43,028 bases of DNA, taken from sequence record SRR22947727_155; one strand, 5' to 3'. Under the pieces are notes generated by a model. That model was not told the origin of the DNA. It saw only the letters and a program-made list of their open reading frames with translations, and did not search any database. Below are positions 1 to 9,713 of this stretch, one piece after another (position 1 is the stretch's first letter; each line of letters begins with the position of its first letter). The translations under genes and the position numbers were made by a program.

Positions 1-690
1 ACATCGAATTAATAAATCAACTAAATTATCCATTCCAATCATTGATCGTTTATTTTTAATTCCCCCTAAAGGTAATGGAATACCTAATCGAATAATATTT
101 AATAATTTTGCTAAATTACCTTTCACACCAGGGCCATAAACTAATGGTAATCGTAATATAACAATTTCCAAACCAGTTTTTGCTGTAATATCCCATAATA
201 CCTTTTCTGCTTCTAATTTAGATGCTGCATAATTATCTTCTGGTGCTAGAATATCATCGTGACTGAATACTTTCTTATATTCATTTTTTAAAACTTGTGT
301 TTGAAAAAATTTTTCCGTGCTTTCTCCATTAACTTTTATTGAACTTAAAAAAATTAATCTTTTAACTCCAGCAGCAACTGCTTGATTTGCTAGTTTTTTT
401 GTAGCATCTACATTTACTTTTTGGTAAATCTGTGAAACTTCACCATTAAGTTCATTAATTTTATGAGCTATCCCAGCAGAATGAATAATACACTCACATC
501 CAAATATTGCCTCACTCCAATTTGTATTATTACTAATATCCCCAACAGATACACACTCATAATTAGAAGTTTTAAAAATTAAGTTTTGAGATCTAACTGT
601 GCCACGTACAAAAATACCCCATTTAATTAATGAACGACAAATTGATTTTCCAATAAATCCATTAGCACCTGTAACACAAATTTTTTTCAT
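1..690 (-). CDS. NAD-dependent epimerase/dehydratase (extended SDR, WbpV/UDP-glucose 4-epimerase-like); 3' end runs off the window
   Basis: Not in the ORF track; translated by hand from ATG at 690: MKKICVTGANGFIGKSIC (GxxGxxG), IHSAGIAH, FLSSIKVNGE, YAASK (YxxxK), RLPLVYGPGVKGN; open to position 1. Confidence 0.9.
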   Translation of the reverse strand, partial: MKKICVTGANGFIGKSICRSLIKWGIFVRGTVRSQNLIFKTSNYECVSVGDISNNTNWSEAIFGCECIIHSAGIAHKINELNGEVSQIYQKVNVDATKKLANQAVAAGVKRLIFLSSIKVNGESTEKFFQTQVLKNEYKKVFSHDDILAPEDNYAASKLEAEKVLWDITAKTGLEIVILRLPLVYGPGVKGNLAKLLNIIRLGIPLPLGGIKNKRSMIGMDNLVDLLIRC

Positions 691-800
691 TAGTTTATTT
701 TTAAATATTACTAAAATAATAAAATTGCTAGTAATTGATTAATAAAATATAATTTTAATTGAAGTTAAATTTTATAGTAATTAATATAAATAAGAAAAAA

Positions 801-1733
801 TTGAAAAAAATACCCCTAACATGTCCTTGTAAGAACAAAAGTTCTTTAATAAGGCTAAAAAAATCTTTTATCTGTAACAATAAAAATTGTAATCATAATT
901 TAGAAACTAATAGTTTCCCTATTTTTAATGATATACCTGTAATTATTAGTGAGGAAAAAACAGATACGGTATGCCAAATTAAGTTTGGAAAGACATATAT
1001 CAATAGATCATCATCAAATTTTACACATTTAAAAAAGATTATTAAAGGAACTAATAAGACCACTAAAGATAATTGTGAAAAATTTATTTCAAAAATATTA
1101 ACCTGTAATGAAAATCCCAAAGTACTGGTAATTGGCGGAGGTCAAAAAGGCGATGGGACAAAAAAATTATGGACAGAAAAAAAAATAGAAGTTCATTCAA
1201 TTGATATTTATGGTTCTGAAAATGTAGATATAATCTGTGATGCTCACTATTTACCTTTAGAAGACAGCTACTATGATGGTGTTTGGATACAAGCTGTTTT
1301 GGAACATGTGGTAGAACCTCATAAAGTAGTTAATGAAATATATAGAGTACTTAAAAAAGATGGCAAGGTATACGCCGAAACACCTTTTATGCAACCAGTC
1401 CACGAAGGTGCCTATGACTTTACCCGCTATACTGTTCTTGGCCATAGATATTTATTTAAGAATTTTGATCTTTTAGATATGGGTGGTATTGGTGGTCCAG
1501 AACAATTTTTTTCTTTATCTTTTAAATATTTAATATGGTCAATTACAAGAAGTAAATTCCTCGGAAAAATATTCGGCCTAATATTAAGTATATTATTAAG
1601 ACCTATAGGCTTATTAACCAACAAAGCATCAATGTATGACGCATCATCTGGGGTTTATTTTTTTGGGAAAAAAAATGATTTAAAAAAAATTAATCATAAA
1701 GATTTGATTAGTTTGTATAAAGGCCTAATGTAA
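801..1733 (+). CDS. Class I SAM-dependent methyltransferase with N-terminal Trm112-like Cys-rich segment
   Basis: VLVIGGG SAM motif, CDAHYLPLEDSYYDGVWIQAVLEHV, ETPFMQPVHEGAYDFTRYT; N-terminal CPC...CNNKNC...FPIFNDIPVI. ORF track starts at TTG 759; the in-frame TTG at 801 seems more likely. Confidence 0.85.
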   Translation: MKKIPLTCPCKNKSSLIRLKKSFICNNKNCNHNLETNSFPIFNDIPVIISEEKTDTVCQIKFGKTYINRSSSNFTHLKKIIKGTNKTTKDNCEKFISKILTCNENPKVLVIGGGQKGDGTKKLWTEKKIEVHSIDIYGSENVDIICDAHYLPLEDSYYDGVWIQAVLEHVVEPHKVVNEIYRVLKKDGKVYAETPFMQPVHEGAYDFTRYTVLGHRYLFKNFDLLDMGGIGGPEQFFSLSFKYLIWSITRSKFLGKIFGLILSILLRPIGLLTNKASMYDASSGVYFFGKKNDLKKINHKDLISLYKGLM

Positions 1734-1736
1734 TGT

Positions 1737-2768
1737 TTAATTTATTAATCCAGAAAGAATTTTTCCAAAAATATTTTCTGCCCTTCTAAAATTTTCTCCA
1801 AAAAAATCACATTTTTTGCACATTTCATTTTTGGATCTATTGCCATTTAATAAATCTTTTCTGAGGTTTTTAAAAAAATCAGAGTTCCAAATTTGATATA
1901 TTGTTAAATTTTTACAATTTAGGTTGGAGCCATCAAGATAAAAATCTGCACAACATTGACCAACATTACCATCTGCTTTTATATTAATTTGCCAAAAAGG
2001 GTATGAGCAGAAACCATCATAAATAATTTTTCTATCTTTCCAATTAGGTGCACTACCTCCTCTTGAGTTCAAATTATCATTTACATTTCTGAGAATTTTA
2101 TAATAGAATCTTTTTTTATTCTTATATTCAAATTCCATATATGAGTTGTTTTTATTTATTTTTAAATCCTGCCCCAGAAATTTATCTTCAAACTCATTAA
2201 TGCCTTTAATAACTTTATCTTGTATATTTTTAATGTACCAGTTTACCTCAAGTTCTGTTATTCCAGCATCAAACAATTCTTTTCCTGAAACATAATTTAA
2301 CTTTTTTCCGTTAGTTAATATTCTAAGATTTGATTTAGGTAGTTTGGCGGATGCAAATTTTATATAATCTGTTAAATTTTTTACTAATAACGGTTCATTA
2401 TTTACATAAAATGAAATATTCCCAAGATAATTATTCTGCGAAAGTTCCACAATAATTTTTTTATATAATTCAAAATCCATTGATATGTCGGGCCTGTCAT
2501 CAGTAAATATTGAAGCCTTACAAAAACTACATTGACTATTACACTTGGTTCTAAGTTCGAAGTACACATGATCAAAATTTAAATCATCTTTATATTTTTT
2601 AGTTATAATAAAACTTTTTTGTATTTTTTGTCTTATATTGAACGGTAAGAAAAAATAAAGTTTTCTGGAAATAAATTTAATTTTATTAAATATCTTATCA
2701 TATGAATTTAAAGTGAATTTATTAATAAATTTTATTTTATCTTTTGTAATATTTCTTAGAAAAAACAT
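1737..2768 (-). CDS. Radical SAM protein with C-terminal SPASM/twitch domain
   Basis: CNSQCSFC (CxxxCxxC), NNEPLL, ILTNG, NSRGG; C-terminal CSYPFWQINIKADGNVGQCCAD...IWNS...CKKC. Confidence 0.9.
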   Translation of the reverse strand: MFFLRNITKDKIKFINKFTLNSYDKIFNKIKFISRKLYFFLPFNIRQKIQKSFIITKKYKDDLNFDHVYFELRTKCNSQCSFCKASIFTDDRPDISMDFELYKKIIVELSQNNYLGNISFYVNNEPLLVKNLTDYIKFASAKLPKSNLRILTNGKKLNYVSGKELFDAGITELEVNWYIKNIQDKVIKGINEFEDKFLGQDLKINKNNSYMEFEYKNKKRFYYKILRNVNDNLNSRGGSAPNWKDRKIIYDGFCSYPFWQINIKADGNVGQCCADFYLDGSNLNCKNLTIYQIWNSDFFKNLRKDLLNGNRSKNEMCKKCDFFGENFRRAENIFGKILSGLIN

Positions 2769-3606
2769 GAATTAAATTTATAAGATTGAAAGTGAATATC
2801 AAGATTAATTCAATAATCAACAAACTAAATACTAATGTTCTAAATAACACAAGCTGTTCAACATTGATACCAATGCTAAAGTAAATATTTGAGACATATG
2901 CCACAAAATCAAAAATACCTATTCCAAAAAATAACTTTAGTGGAATTGGTTGAAGAATACTAAAAATAAAAACTAAAAAAAAAATTTCTCTATCCATAGT
3001 CTGATCTGTAACTAGGTATAAGGTAACAAAAATAAAACAATAATTCAAAATTGAAATATAAATTGATTTATATAACAAATTCTTTTTAAATAAATAATCA
3101 ATCTCTTTTAAAAAGATATTAAAAAATTTATTAATATTTTTTATATTTCTTAATTTATTTTTTATTTTTTGAATATGGCCAATGATTGTTAATCTTTTGT
3201 TATAAATAAAATAAAAAATTAAGATTAACATCAATAAATAAATAAAACTATTGACTGTATTTAAAATAAAAAAAATAAAAATCAAAAATGCTATTATTTG
3301 AACTATAAACATGTCCATAAACTTTGTCATCGTCAATAAACTTAAAATATTGAAAATTTTATTTTTGATGAGTATTTTTTTAAAAAAAAATAATTGAATA
3401 ATATCAGCTGATTTAAAAGGTAGTGCAAAATTAGCAACTCTATAAAAACTTAAAAACAAAAATAAACCTTTTATATCTTTAATTTTAATAAAATCTTTTA
3501 ATCTTGAGCATCTTAAATATGTAATCCAAATGTTAATGACCAAAGCAACTGATAATAATAATAAATTATCTGTGAAAATACTTATGTATGCATCTAAATT
3601 AAACAT
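2737..3606 (-). CDS. Multi-pass membrane protein, lysylphosphatidylglycerol-synthase TM / flippase-like family
   Basis: Many hydrophobic helices; ANFALPFKSADII resembles the N-x2-LP-x2-G-D/E family motif; KFMD; IPLKLFFGIGIFD. Confidence 0.6.
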   Translation of the reverse strand: MFNLDAYISIFTDNLLLLSVALVINIWITYLRCSRLKDFIKIKDIKGLFLFLSFYRVANFALPFKSADIIQLFFFKKILIKNKIFNILSLLTMTKFMDMFIVQIIAFLIFIFFILNTVNSFIYLLMLILIFYFIYNKRLTIIGHIQKIKNKLRNIKNINKFFNIFLKEIDYLFKKNLLYKSIYISILNYCFIFVTLYLVTDQTMDREIFFLVFIFSILQPIPLKLFFGIGIFDFVAYVSNIYFSIGINVEQLVLFRTLVFSLLIIELILIFTFNLINLIHVFSKKYYKR

Positions 3607-3678
3607 ATTATTAGTAGTTAATAAATTGTATTTTTATTTCCTTAAGTTAAATGATTAAATTTTATAATCTTTATACTA

Positions 3679-5442
3679 TTACTTAAATTTTTGAACTATA
3701 AAATTTTCCAATATTAGATGATCTACATCAGATTTTAAAAATGTTTCAATAGCATCTTTAGGTGTGCTCACTATTGGTTCATTAATATTGAATGAGGTAT
3801 TTAATAAAACAGGAATTTTACTCTTTTCAAAAAACTTGGTTAGTAAATCAAAATATTTTTTATTTAAATTTTCTGATACAGTATGTACTCTACAAGTACC
3901 ATCAATATGAACTACCGCAGGTATTAAATTTTTTTTATTTTCTCTGACTTTTGCTACAATATTCATATATGGACTCGCTTGATCTAATTCAAAATAATTT
4001 TGGGCCTCATGCGCCAATACACTTGGGGCAAATGGTCTAAATAGTTCTCTTTTTTTTATTTTTTTATTTATTATTTCTCTAATTTCTTCATTAGATGGGT
4101 TCGCTAAGAATGATCTGTTTCCTAATGCTCTAGGACCTATTTCATCTCTTCCCTGAAACCAAGCTATTATTTTATTTTTAGCTAAAGCTTTTGCAGCAAA
4201 TTCTATTACATCATCGTATTTTAATGATTCAAAATTAATATAATCAGAATATTCCTCAAGTATATTCATTATTTGGTCATCATTATATTTAAAGCCCAAG
4301 TAAGGACTCATTATTTTAGATTTCACTTTGCTATCCTCTTGAAAATTTAAATTTTTGGTTTTATAAAAATAGGAAAGAACTGACCCTATTGAACACCCGG
4401 CATCATGAGGAGCTGGCGGAACTATAATTTTATCAAAAATTTTATTACTTAATATTTTTCCATTAAGTGTAACATTGAGTGCGCATCCACCAGATATTAC
4501 TAAATTTTTAACTTCAGGAAATTTCAGTTTAACATCTTGTAAAGTTTCAATAACGATATCTTCGAGTAGAGATTGGACACTTGATGCTAAGTCTATATGT
4601 TTTTGATTAATTTTTTCATTGTGAGTTCTTGCTTTTGGAAAAGATTGGTATTCAATATTTTCAAAATTATTTTTTAATGCTTTATGATAGCTGAATTTGG
4701 TATAGTTAAATTTATATTGTTTGTTTGAGGATTTACTAAGAACTTTTTCTCTTAGAAAATTTTTATAAACTGGTTTTCCATATGGCGCTAGTCCCATCAT
4801 TTTATATTCACCTTCTAACATTTTAAAACCCAGATAACCTGTAAAATAACTATAAAAATGTCCTAAAGAGTTTGGCCAATAGATTTTTTCAAGTTCTTTT
4901 ATTTGACCATTTTTAAACAAGCTTATTTCGGTAGATGTATTCTCTCCACCACCATCATAAGATAATACAACTGCATTATTAAAGTTTGATAACATAATTC
5001 CATAAATTTTATGTGTTAAGTGATGATCATAAAATTTTATTCTAGCATTAAAATTACCAAATTTTTTTTTTAGAATTTTTTTTAAAATAAATAGATCTGA
5101 CCATTTACCTGTTTTTTCTTTTTTTTTTTTATCCTGAAAGAAAAATATTTCCAAAGCTCTTTTCAAAATAAAATTATTTTTAATTGGATCTTTTATAAAA
5201 ATCTCAAAACATTTAAAGGCTCTTAAAAGAAAATTGTAAGGCTTCCAATACACAGTTATGAGATCAACATCTGATAAATTTATATTTTCTGATTTAAGAC
5301 ATCTGTCTATAGACTTATAGGGAAAACTTGAGTCGTTTTTTATTCTACTTAATCTTTCTTCTTCTATAGCAAAAAGAATTTTATCATCTTTAAATAGACA
5401 AGCAGAGCTATTTCCCATAGTTGTTAAGCCTAAAATATACAT
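3679..5442 (-). CDS. O-carbamoyltransferase (NodU/CmcH/TobZ family)
   Basis: AIEEERLSRIK, DHHLTH, DGGGE, EYKMMGLAPYG, SGGCALN, PAPHDAG, EIGPRALGNRS, KKRELFRPFAP, LLNTSFN. Confidence 0.95.
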   Translation of the reverse strand: MYILGLTTMGNSSACLFKDDKILFAIEEERLSRIKNDSSFPYKSIDRCLKSENINLSDVDLITVYWKPYNFLLRAFKCFEIFIKDPIKNNFILKRALEIFFFQDKKKKEKTGKWSDLFILKKILKKKFGNFNARIKFYDHHLTHKIYGIMLSNFNNAVVLSYDGGGENTSTEISLFKNGQIKELEKIYWPNSLGHFYSYFTGYLGFKMLEGEYKMMGLAPYGKPVYKNFLREKVLSKSSNKQYKFNYTKFSYHKALKNNFENIEYQSFPKARTHNEKINQKHIDLASSVQSLLEDIVIETLQDVKLKFPEVKNLVISGGCALNVTLNGKILSNKIFDKIIVPPAPHDAGCSIGSVLSYFYKTKNLNFQEDSKVKSKIMSPYLGFKYNDDQIMNILEEYSDYINFESLKYDDVIEFAAKALAKNKIIAWFQGRDEIGPRALGNRSFLANPSNEEIREIINKKIKKRELFRPFAPSVLAHEAQNYFELDQASPYMNIVAKVRENKKNLIPAVVHIDGTCRVHTVSENLNKKYFDLLTKFFEKSKIPVLLNTSFNINEPIVSTPKDAIETFLKSDVDHLILENFIVQKFK

Positions 5443-5446
5443 ATGA

Positions 5447-6295
5447 TTAATTTTTCATATCTTTTAGTAATTTTTCAAAAGGATACAATTTCATTAAAGA
5501 AGTAAGTTTATTGAGAACATTATTATTTCCAAAGTAAAGCCATTGGAATTGTTTTAAATAAAAATACATTTGCTTGAAGGAGTTTAATTCATCGAATGTT
5601 TTAAATTTATTTATATAGGAAAATTCGGTGTCATAATCATATGGATGCAAATATACTATACAATTATTATAATTTAATATTTTATTTGATAAATTATTTA
5701 AAATTTTTAAAGGTAAAATTTTAAAATAAGTTCCACCTAGTCTAAGCTTTACTTTTGGAAAAGGGCTATAATATAAAACTGGGTAAATATTTAATTTTCC
5801 TAAAAGTTTACTTTTTAAAGTTCCAATCTTATTCTTATAATTATTAACATCTATCAATAGAGAAGAGTCATATTCAAAATATTTTTCTAAAATTTGATAA
5901 TATTTAATATCTTTATAGTTTAAAGAAAAATAAGGTGCTCTAAATCCACAAATTTTATTTTTAGAGGAGTTTGAAAGAATATTAATGGAGTCGTAAATCC
6001 TTTTTTCAAATGTTTTTAAATCATCTTTATTTGCATAATCGTGATAAAAATACTGACTTGCAATCTCATGGCCATCTGAACTAATTAATTTAATAATATC
6101 TGGAAATAATTTTCCTAAAATTCCTGTACAAAAAAAAGTAATTTTAATATCATTTTTTTTGCATAACTGATTAATTTGATTATAATTTTTCAACAACGCA
6201 GAAAAATTAATTTCTTTTTTTAAATTTAGACCCAAGGTTCTTGGGTAATCATAAGAAAAATCTTCTAAATCGATTGTGCAAAATATTTTATTCAT
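5447..6295 (-). CDS. Polysaccharide deacetylase family protein (CE4/NodB-like, DUF3473-type)
   Basis: TIDLED, TFFCTG, GHEIAS, GFRAPYFS, YDSS, GGTYF, YLHPYD. Confidence 0.85.
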   Translation of the reverse strand: MNKIFCTIDLEDFSYDYPRTLGLNLKKEINFSALLKNYNQINQLCKKNDIKITFFCTGILGKLFPDIIKLISSDGHEIASQYFYHDYANKDDLKTFEKRIYDSINILSNSSKNKICGFRAPYFSLNYKDIKYYQILEKYFEYDSSLLIDVNNYKNKIGTLKSKLLGKLNIYPVLYYSPFPKVKLRLGGTYFKILPLKILNNLSNKILNYNNCIVYLHPYDYDTEFSYINKFKTFDELNSFKQMYFYLKQFQWLYFGNNNVLNKLTSLMKLYPFEKLLKDMKN

Positions 6296-6344
6296 TTTAC
6301 TTATTTTAATACAATTAAAGTGATCAGATCAAATCTATAAACAG

Positions 6345-7478
6345 TTATATATTTTTAAATTGTGTATATAAATCTATTGTCATTTTATTAACAATATCTG
6401 AACTAAAATCTTTCTTTACTATATTGAGTCCATTAGATCCATACTTAGATCTTAACTCAGTATTATTAATTAAAGTTTCCAGAGCATTAGCTAAAAGTAG
6501 GCTATTTTTTGGTGGAACTAATATTCCATTAAAACCATCTTTCACTATCTCTCTGCAGCCTGGCATATCTGTTGTTACGATCGGCTTAGCACACGCTGCT
6601 GCCTCTATTAATGACTTTGGAATTCCCTCTGAATAAAAAGAGGGCAGACAAACTATGCTTGAATTTTGATAAATCTCATGAATATTGTCACAAAATCCTA
6701 ACCACGATATGATACCATTTTTGTTCCATTCTTGTAGCTTTTCTTTTTTAATAAAATTTGGATAACCATAATCTATTCCTCCAACCAACAAAAACTTAGC
6801 TTTTATTCCTCTATCTTTCAATATAGTTGCAGCATTTACATACTCTCTAACTCCTTTATCCCATATCATTCTAGCAGCAAGTACAATCACAGGTGTCTCT
6901 TGAAATATGTGCTTTGGTGTAAAAACATCTAGGTCGACACCAGCTCCTTTTATTAAGTAAGAATTATTCTCATTTACAATATTTTCACTCAATAGCATAT
7001 TTCTCTCGTCTGGATTTTGAAAGATAACTTTGTTATTTTTCTTTCTAAATAAAAATTTATAAATCAGTTTAATTATATTTTTTTTTAAAAAATTAGTGGA
7101 ATTTTTTTCAATAAAGATAAATCCAAGACCAGAAATAGCACTAACCACAAAAGGTATAGAAGTAATTATTGCTGCAATTCCTCCATATACGATTGGCTTA
7201 ATTGTTACATGATGGACTATATCAGGACTAACTTTTTTATAGACTTTTATTAGACTTAGTAAAGTAGATGCCTCATTAAAAATATTGACTGAACTTCTGA
7301 AAAAAGGAATTTCATGAAATATTAAACCAGAGCTTATTATTTTAGAGACACTTTTATAATCTCCATGAGCTGCCACATGAACCTGATATCCATTTTTTTT
7401 TGCATGTATTGCTAGAGATAGTCTATGCGAAATAAAAAATGATGCATCATTCACTACAATTAATAATTTATTATTCAA
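6345..7478 (-). CDS. Glycosyltransferase family 4 (CapM/PglA-like)
   Basis: FFISHR, TIKPIVYGG, FQNPDE, GAGVD, RMIWDKGVREY, EGIPKSLIEAAA, TTDMPGCRE. Confidence 0.93.
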   Translation of the reverse strand: MNNKLLIVVNDASFFISHRLSLAIHAKKNGYQVHVAAHGDYKSVSKIISSGLIFHEIPFFRSSVNIFNEASTLLSLIKVYKKVSPDIVHHVTIKPIVYGGIAAIITSIPFVVSAISGLGFIFIEKNSTNFLKKNIIKLIYKFLFRKKNNKVIFQNPDERNMLLSENIVNENNSYLIKGAGVDLDVFTPKHIFQETPVIVLAARMIWDKGVREYVNAATILKDRGIKAKFLLVGGIDYGYPNFIKKEKLQEWNKNGIISWLGFCDNIHEIYQNSSIVCLPSFYSEGIPKSLIEAAACAKPIVTTDMPGCREIVKDGFNGILVPPKNSLLLANALETLINNTELRSKYGSNGLNIVKKDFSSDIVNKMTIDLYTQFKNI

Positions 7479-7495
7479 TATTAATATATTTTAAT

Positions 7496-8671
7496 TTATT
7501 TTTTTAATTTTTTTTTTTCATTATTCCATATTTTTTTATAAGATATAAAGGTAAAAATTAACATCAGCCAGAATGGAGCAATTAATGATGCCGTTTCAAA
7601 AAAATAATATGAAATTAAAAAAGAGGACATACCAATAATAACAGCTAAATTTTTATTTAATACCCTTAAAATTATCATTTTTTTAAACGATTTAAATAAA
7701 AAATAGAATGGAATTATATGAAAACAAATTGAATTAATAATTCCATATTTCAACGTTTGACTAAGGTAATTATTATGTACATCATCTTTATATGAAATAT
7801 CATTATATTCAGAGGATCCAAAAAAATTAAAATAATTAAGTCCAGATTTCCATAAGTTTAATCTTCCTGAAGTTCCATCACCTCTATCAAATTTAAACTT
7901 ATAAATCTCAATAATTTCAGAAAAAAAATTATTTAAAACTGTAAACCCTAATAATGGAATAAATATCAAAAATATAAATAATTGAATTTTTTTTTTTTTT
8001 ACTATTGAGTAAGTGCCTATTATTATCAAAAAAGATATTAGTGTAGCAAGTATTGAAGTTCTACTTTGAGTTAAAATTAGAAATATAAAAGACATAACCA
8101 TTACTATGGTGGAAATGATCTTTAAAAATTTTTCCTTATCTAAAAAAAATATACAAATTAATGAAAAAATGAAAGAACATCCTGCAAATCTACCCATTGA
8201 ATTAGATCTATCAAATATACCTTGGTATCTATATATATATAAGCCATCATAAAATAAGGATAAAAAAATTATAATTAAATTGATCCATATAATAATTTTA
8301 AAAATAATAATAGTATCTATTGCTCCTAAAACAGAGTTTGTAATTTCCAAAGAAAACTTTGATACACTCAAAAAGATAAAAATAAATGAGAAATATGTAA
8401 TTAAAATTCTATAATCATTAATGACAAAAGAATTTATTATGGATGATATAATTAGAATAAAAAAATTAAACTTTAAGAACTTTGGTAGAAAAAAAACAGT
8501 TGGTCTAGTAGAGTAGACAAAATACAAATAAAAAATCAAACCAAATAAAAATATGTGCAATAATATACTTGGTCTTCCATATCCAGAGATGCTTATGTTA
8601 TTAGATGCTATTGCCAGAATATAGATAAGTGTGAGAGCTGATAATCTTAGATTGGATTTTTTTAGAATCAT
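7496..8671 (-). CDS. O-antigen ligase/polymerase family protein (Wzy_C)
   Basis: About ten TM segments; GIFDRSN, LTQSRTS, TSGRLNLW, VHNNYL...YGII. Confidence 0.85.
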   Translation of the reverse strand: MILKKSNLRLSALTLIYILAIASNNISISGYGRPSILLHIFLFGLIFYLYFVYSTRPTVFFLPKFLKFNFFILIISSIINSFVINDYRILITYFSFIFIFLSVSKFSLEITNSVLGAIDTIIIFKIIIWINLIIIFLSLFYDGLYIYRYQGIFDRSNSMGRFAGCSFIFSLICIFFLDKEKFLKIISTIVMVMSFIFLILTQSRTSILATLISFLIIIGTYSIVKKKKIQLFIFLIFIPLLGFTVLNNFFSEIIEIYKFKFDRGDGTSGRLNLWKSGLNYFNFFGSSEYNDISYKDDVHNNYLSQTLKYGIINSICFHIIPFYFLFKSFKKMIILRVLNKNLAVIIGMSSFLISYYFFETASLIAPFWLMLIFTFISYKKIWNNEKKKLKK

Positions 8672-8688
8672 TACAGTTTTATAATAAT

Positions 8689-9684
8689 TTAATTATTAAA
8701 AAATTTAATCATTTTGTTAAATATGTACTCCCAACTATCAAAATAACTATTGTTTTTTACTGAATTCTTTCTAGGAGATTTAGCCCATATAATATCTTTT
8801 TTTTTGACACCTTTTTTAAAATCAACTTTTCTAACTAGTGGGTTATTTTTAAAGTGTTGAAGTTTTAAAGAATTACTAATCAATATTTTTTTTTGTAATG
8901 TGATCGTCTCTAATATTGGCATACCAAAACCCTCATAATTAGATGGAAATATAGCAAATGATGAATTATGTATTAAATCCATTAGCCTCGTTTCGGAAAT
9001 CTTGCTATAAATTTTTACATTATCATATTTAAGTAAATTCTCTCTTATCTTTACACCATGCCTATCTATGGGAGAACCAACAAAAATCATCTTATATCTT
9101 TTGAAAAGCGGGTTATTTTTTATCACACTAAGATGGTTCTTATTTTTGGTAAAATTAGAAACATATATAATGTATTCGTCTTTATTTTTATTGTTAATTT
9201 TTTTTTTTTTCACATAATTTGCCAACCATTTTTTAGATACCGCATTATGAAAAACATGGCTGTTTATTTTTAACTTATCTCTTATAATTCTTCTTTGATC
9301 TTCAGAAACTGTGATCAAGTATTTTGCTTTTCTTGTAATAAAAAAAATTAAAATTTTTTTCAATATTCCAACACGACCATATTCAGTCCACTCCTTCATA
9401 TCATGCAGTGTAAATATCAATCCTCTAATTGGAATAAAAGACCATTTAATGACGTCACAAAACCAATAATCAAACTTGTGATTGAAAAATAAAAATATTA
9501 TATCAAAAATAGTTCTTTTTTTTTTAGATAAAACTTTTCCATTTTTTAATGTAATAATCATACTAGATGTCAAAATAAAAACTTTGTATTTTGTAGAAAA
9601 GAGTTTGCTTAAACATTTTGCCCTTTTACTTGCGCCAGTTATTTGAGTAGAATAATTTTGAATTATAAAAAGTATATTTGACAT
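8689..9684 (-). CDS. Glycosyltransferase family 4
   Basis: TLHD, ITVSE, KNH, FPSNYEGFGMPILE (EX7E motif). Confidence 0.88.
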   Translation of the reverse strand: MSNILFIIQNYSTQITGASKRAKCLSKLFSTKYKVFILTSSMIITLKNGKVLSKKKRTIFDIIFLFFNHKFDYWFCDVIKWSFIPIRGLIFTLHDMKEWTEYGRVGILKKILIFFITRKAKYLITVSEDQRRIIRDKLKINSHVFHNAVSKKWLANYVKKKKINNKNKDEYIIYVSNFTKNKNHLSVIKNNPLFKRYKMIFVGSPIDRHGVKIRENLLKYDNVKIYSKISETRLMDLIHNSSFAIFPSNYEGFGMPILETITLQKKILISNSLKLQHFKNNPLVRKVDFKKGVKKKDIIWAKSPRKNSVKNNSYFDSWEYIFNKMIKFFNN

Positions 9685-9713
9685 GATGCTATAATTTTAA
9701 TTCAATAAAAATC

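Noticed and set aside
759-800. Longer N-terminus of the first methyltransferase from TTG 759
   Set aside because: The extension is low-complexity and lies in the divergent promoter gap; TTG 801 directly precedes the Cys-rich domain
1737-2768. Radical SAM/SPASM as a RiPP maturase
   Set aside because: No precursor peptide, RRE domain or peptidase/exporter nearby; all neighbours are carbohydrate-related
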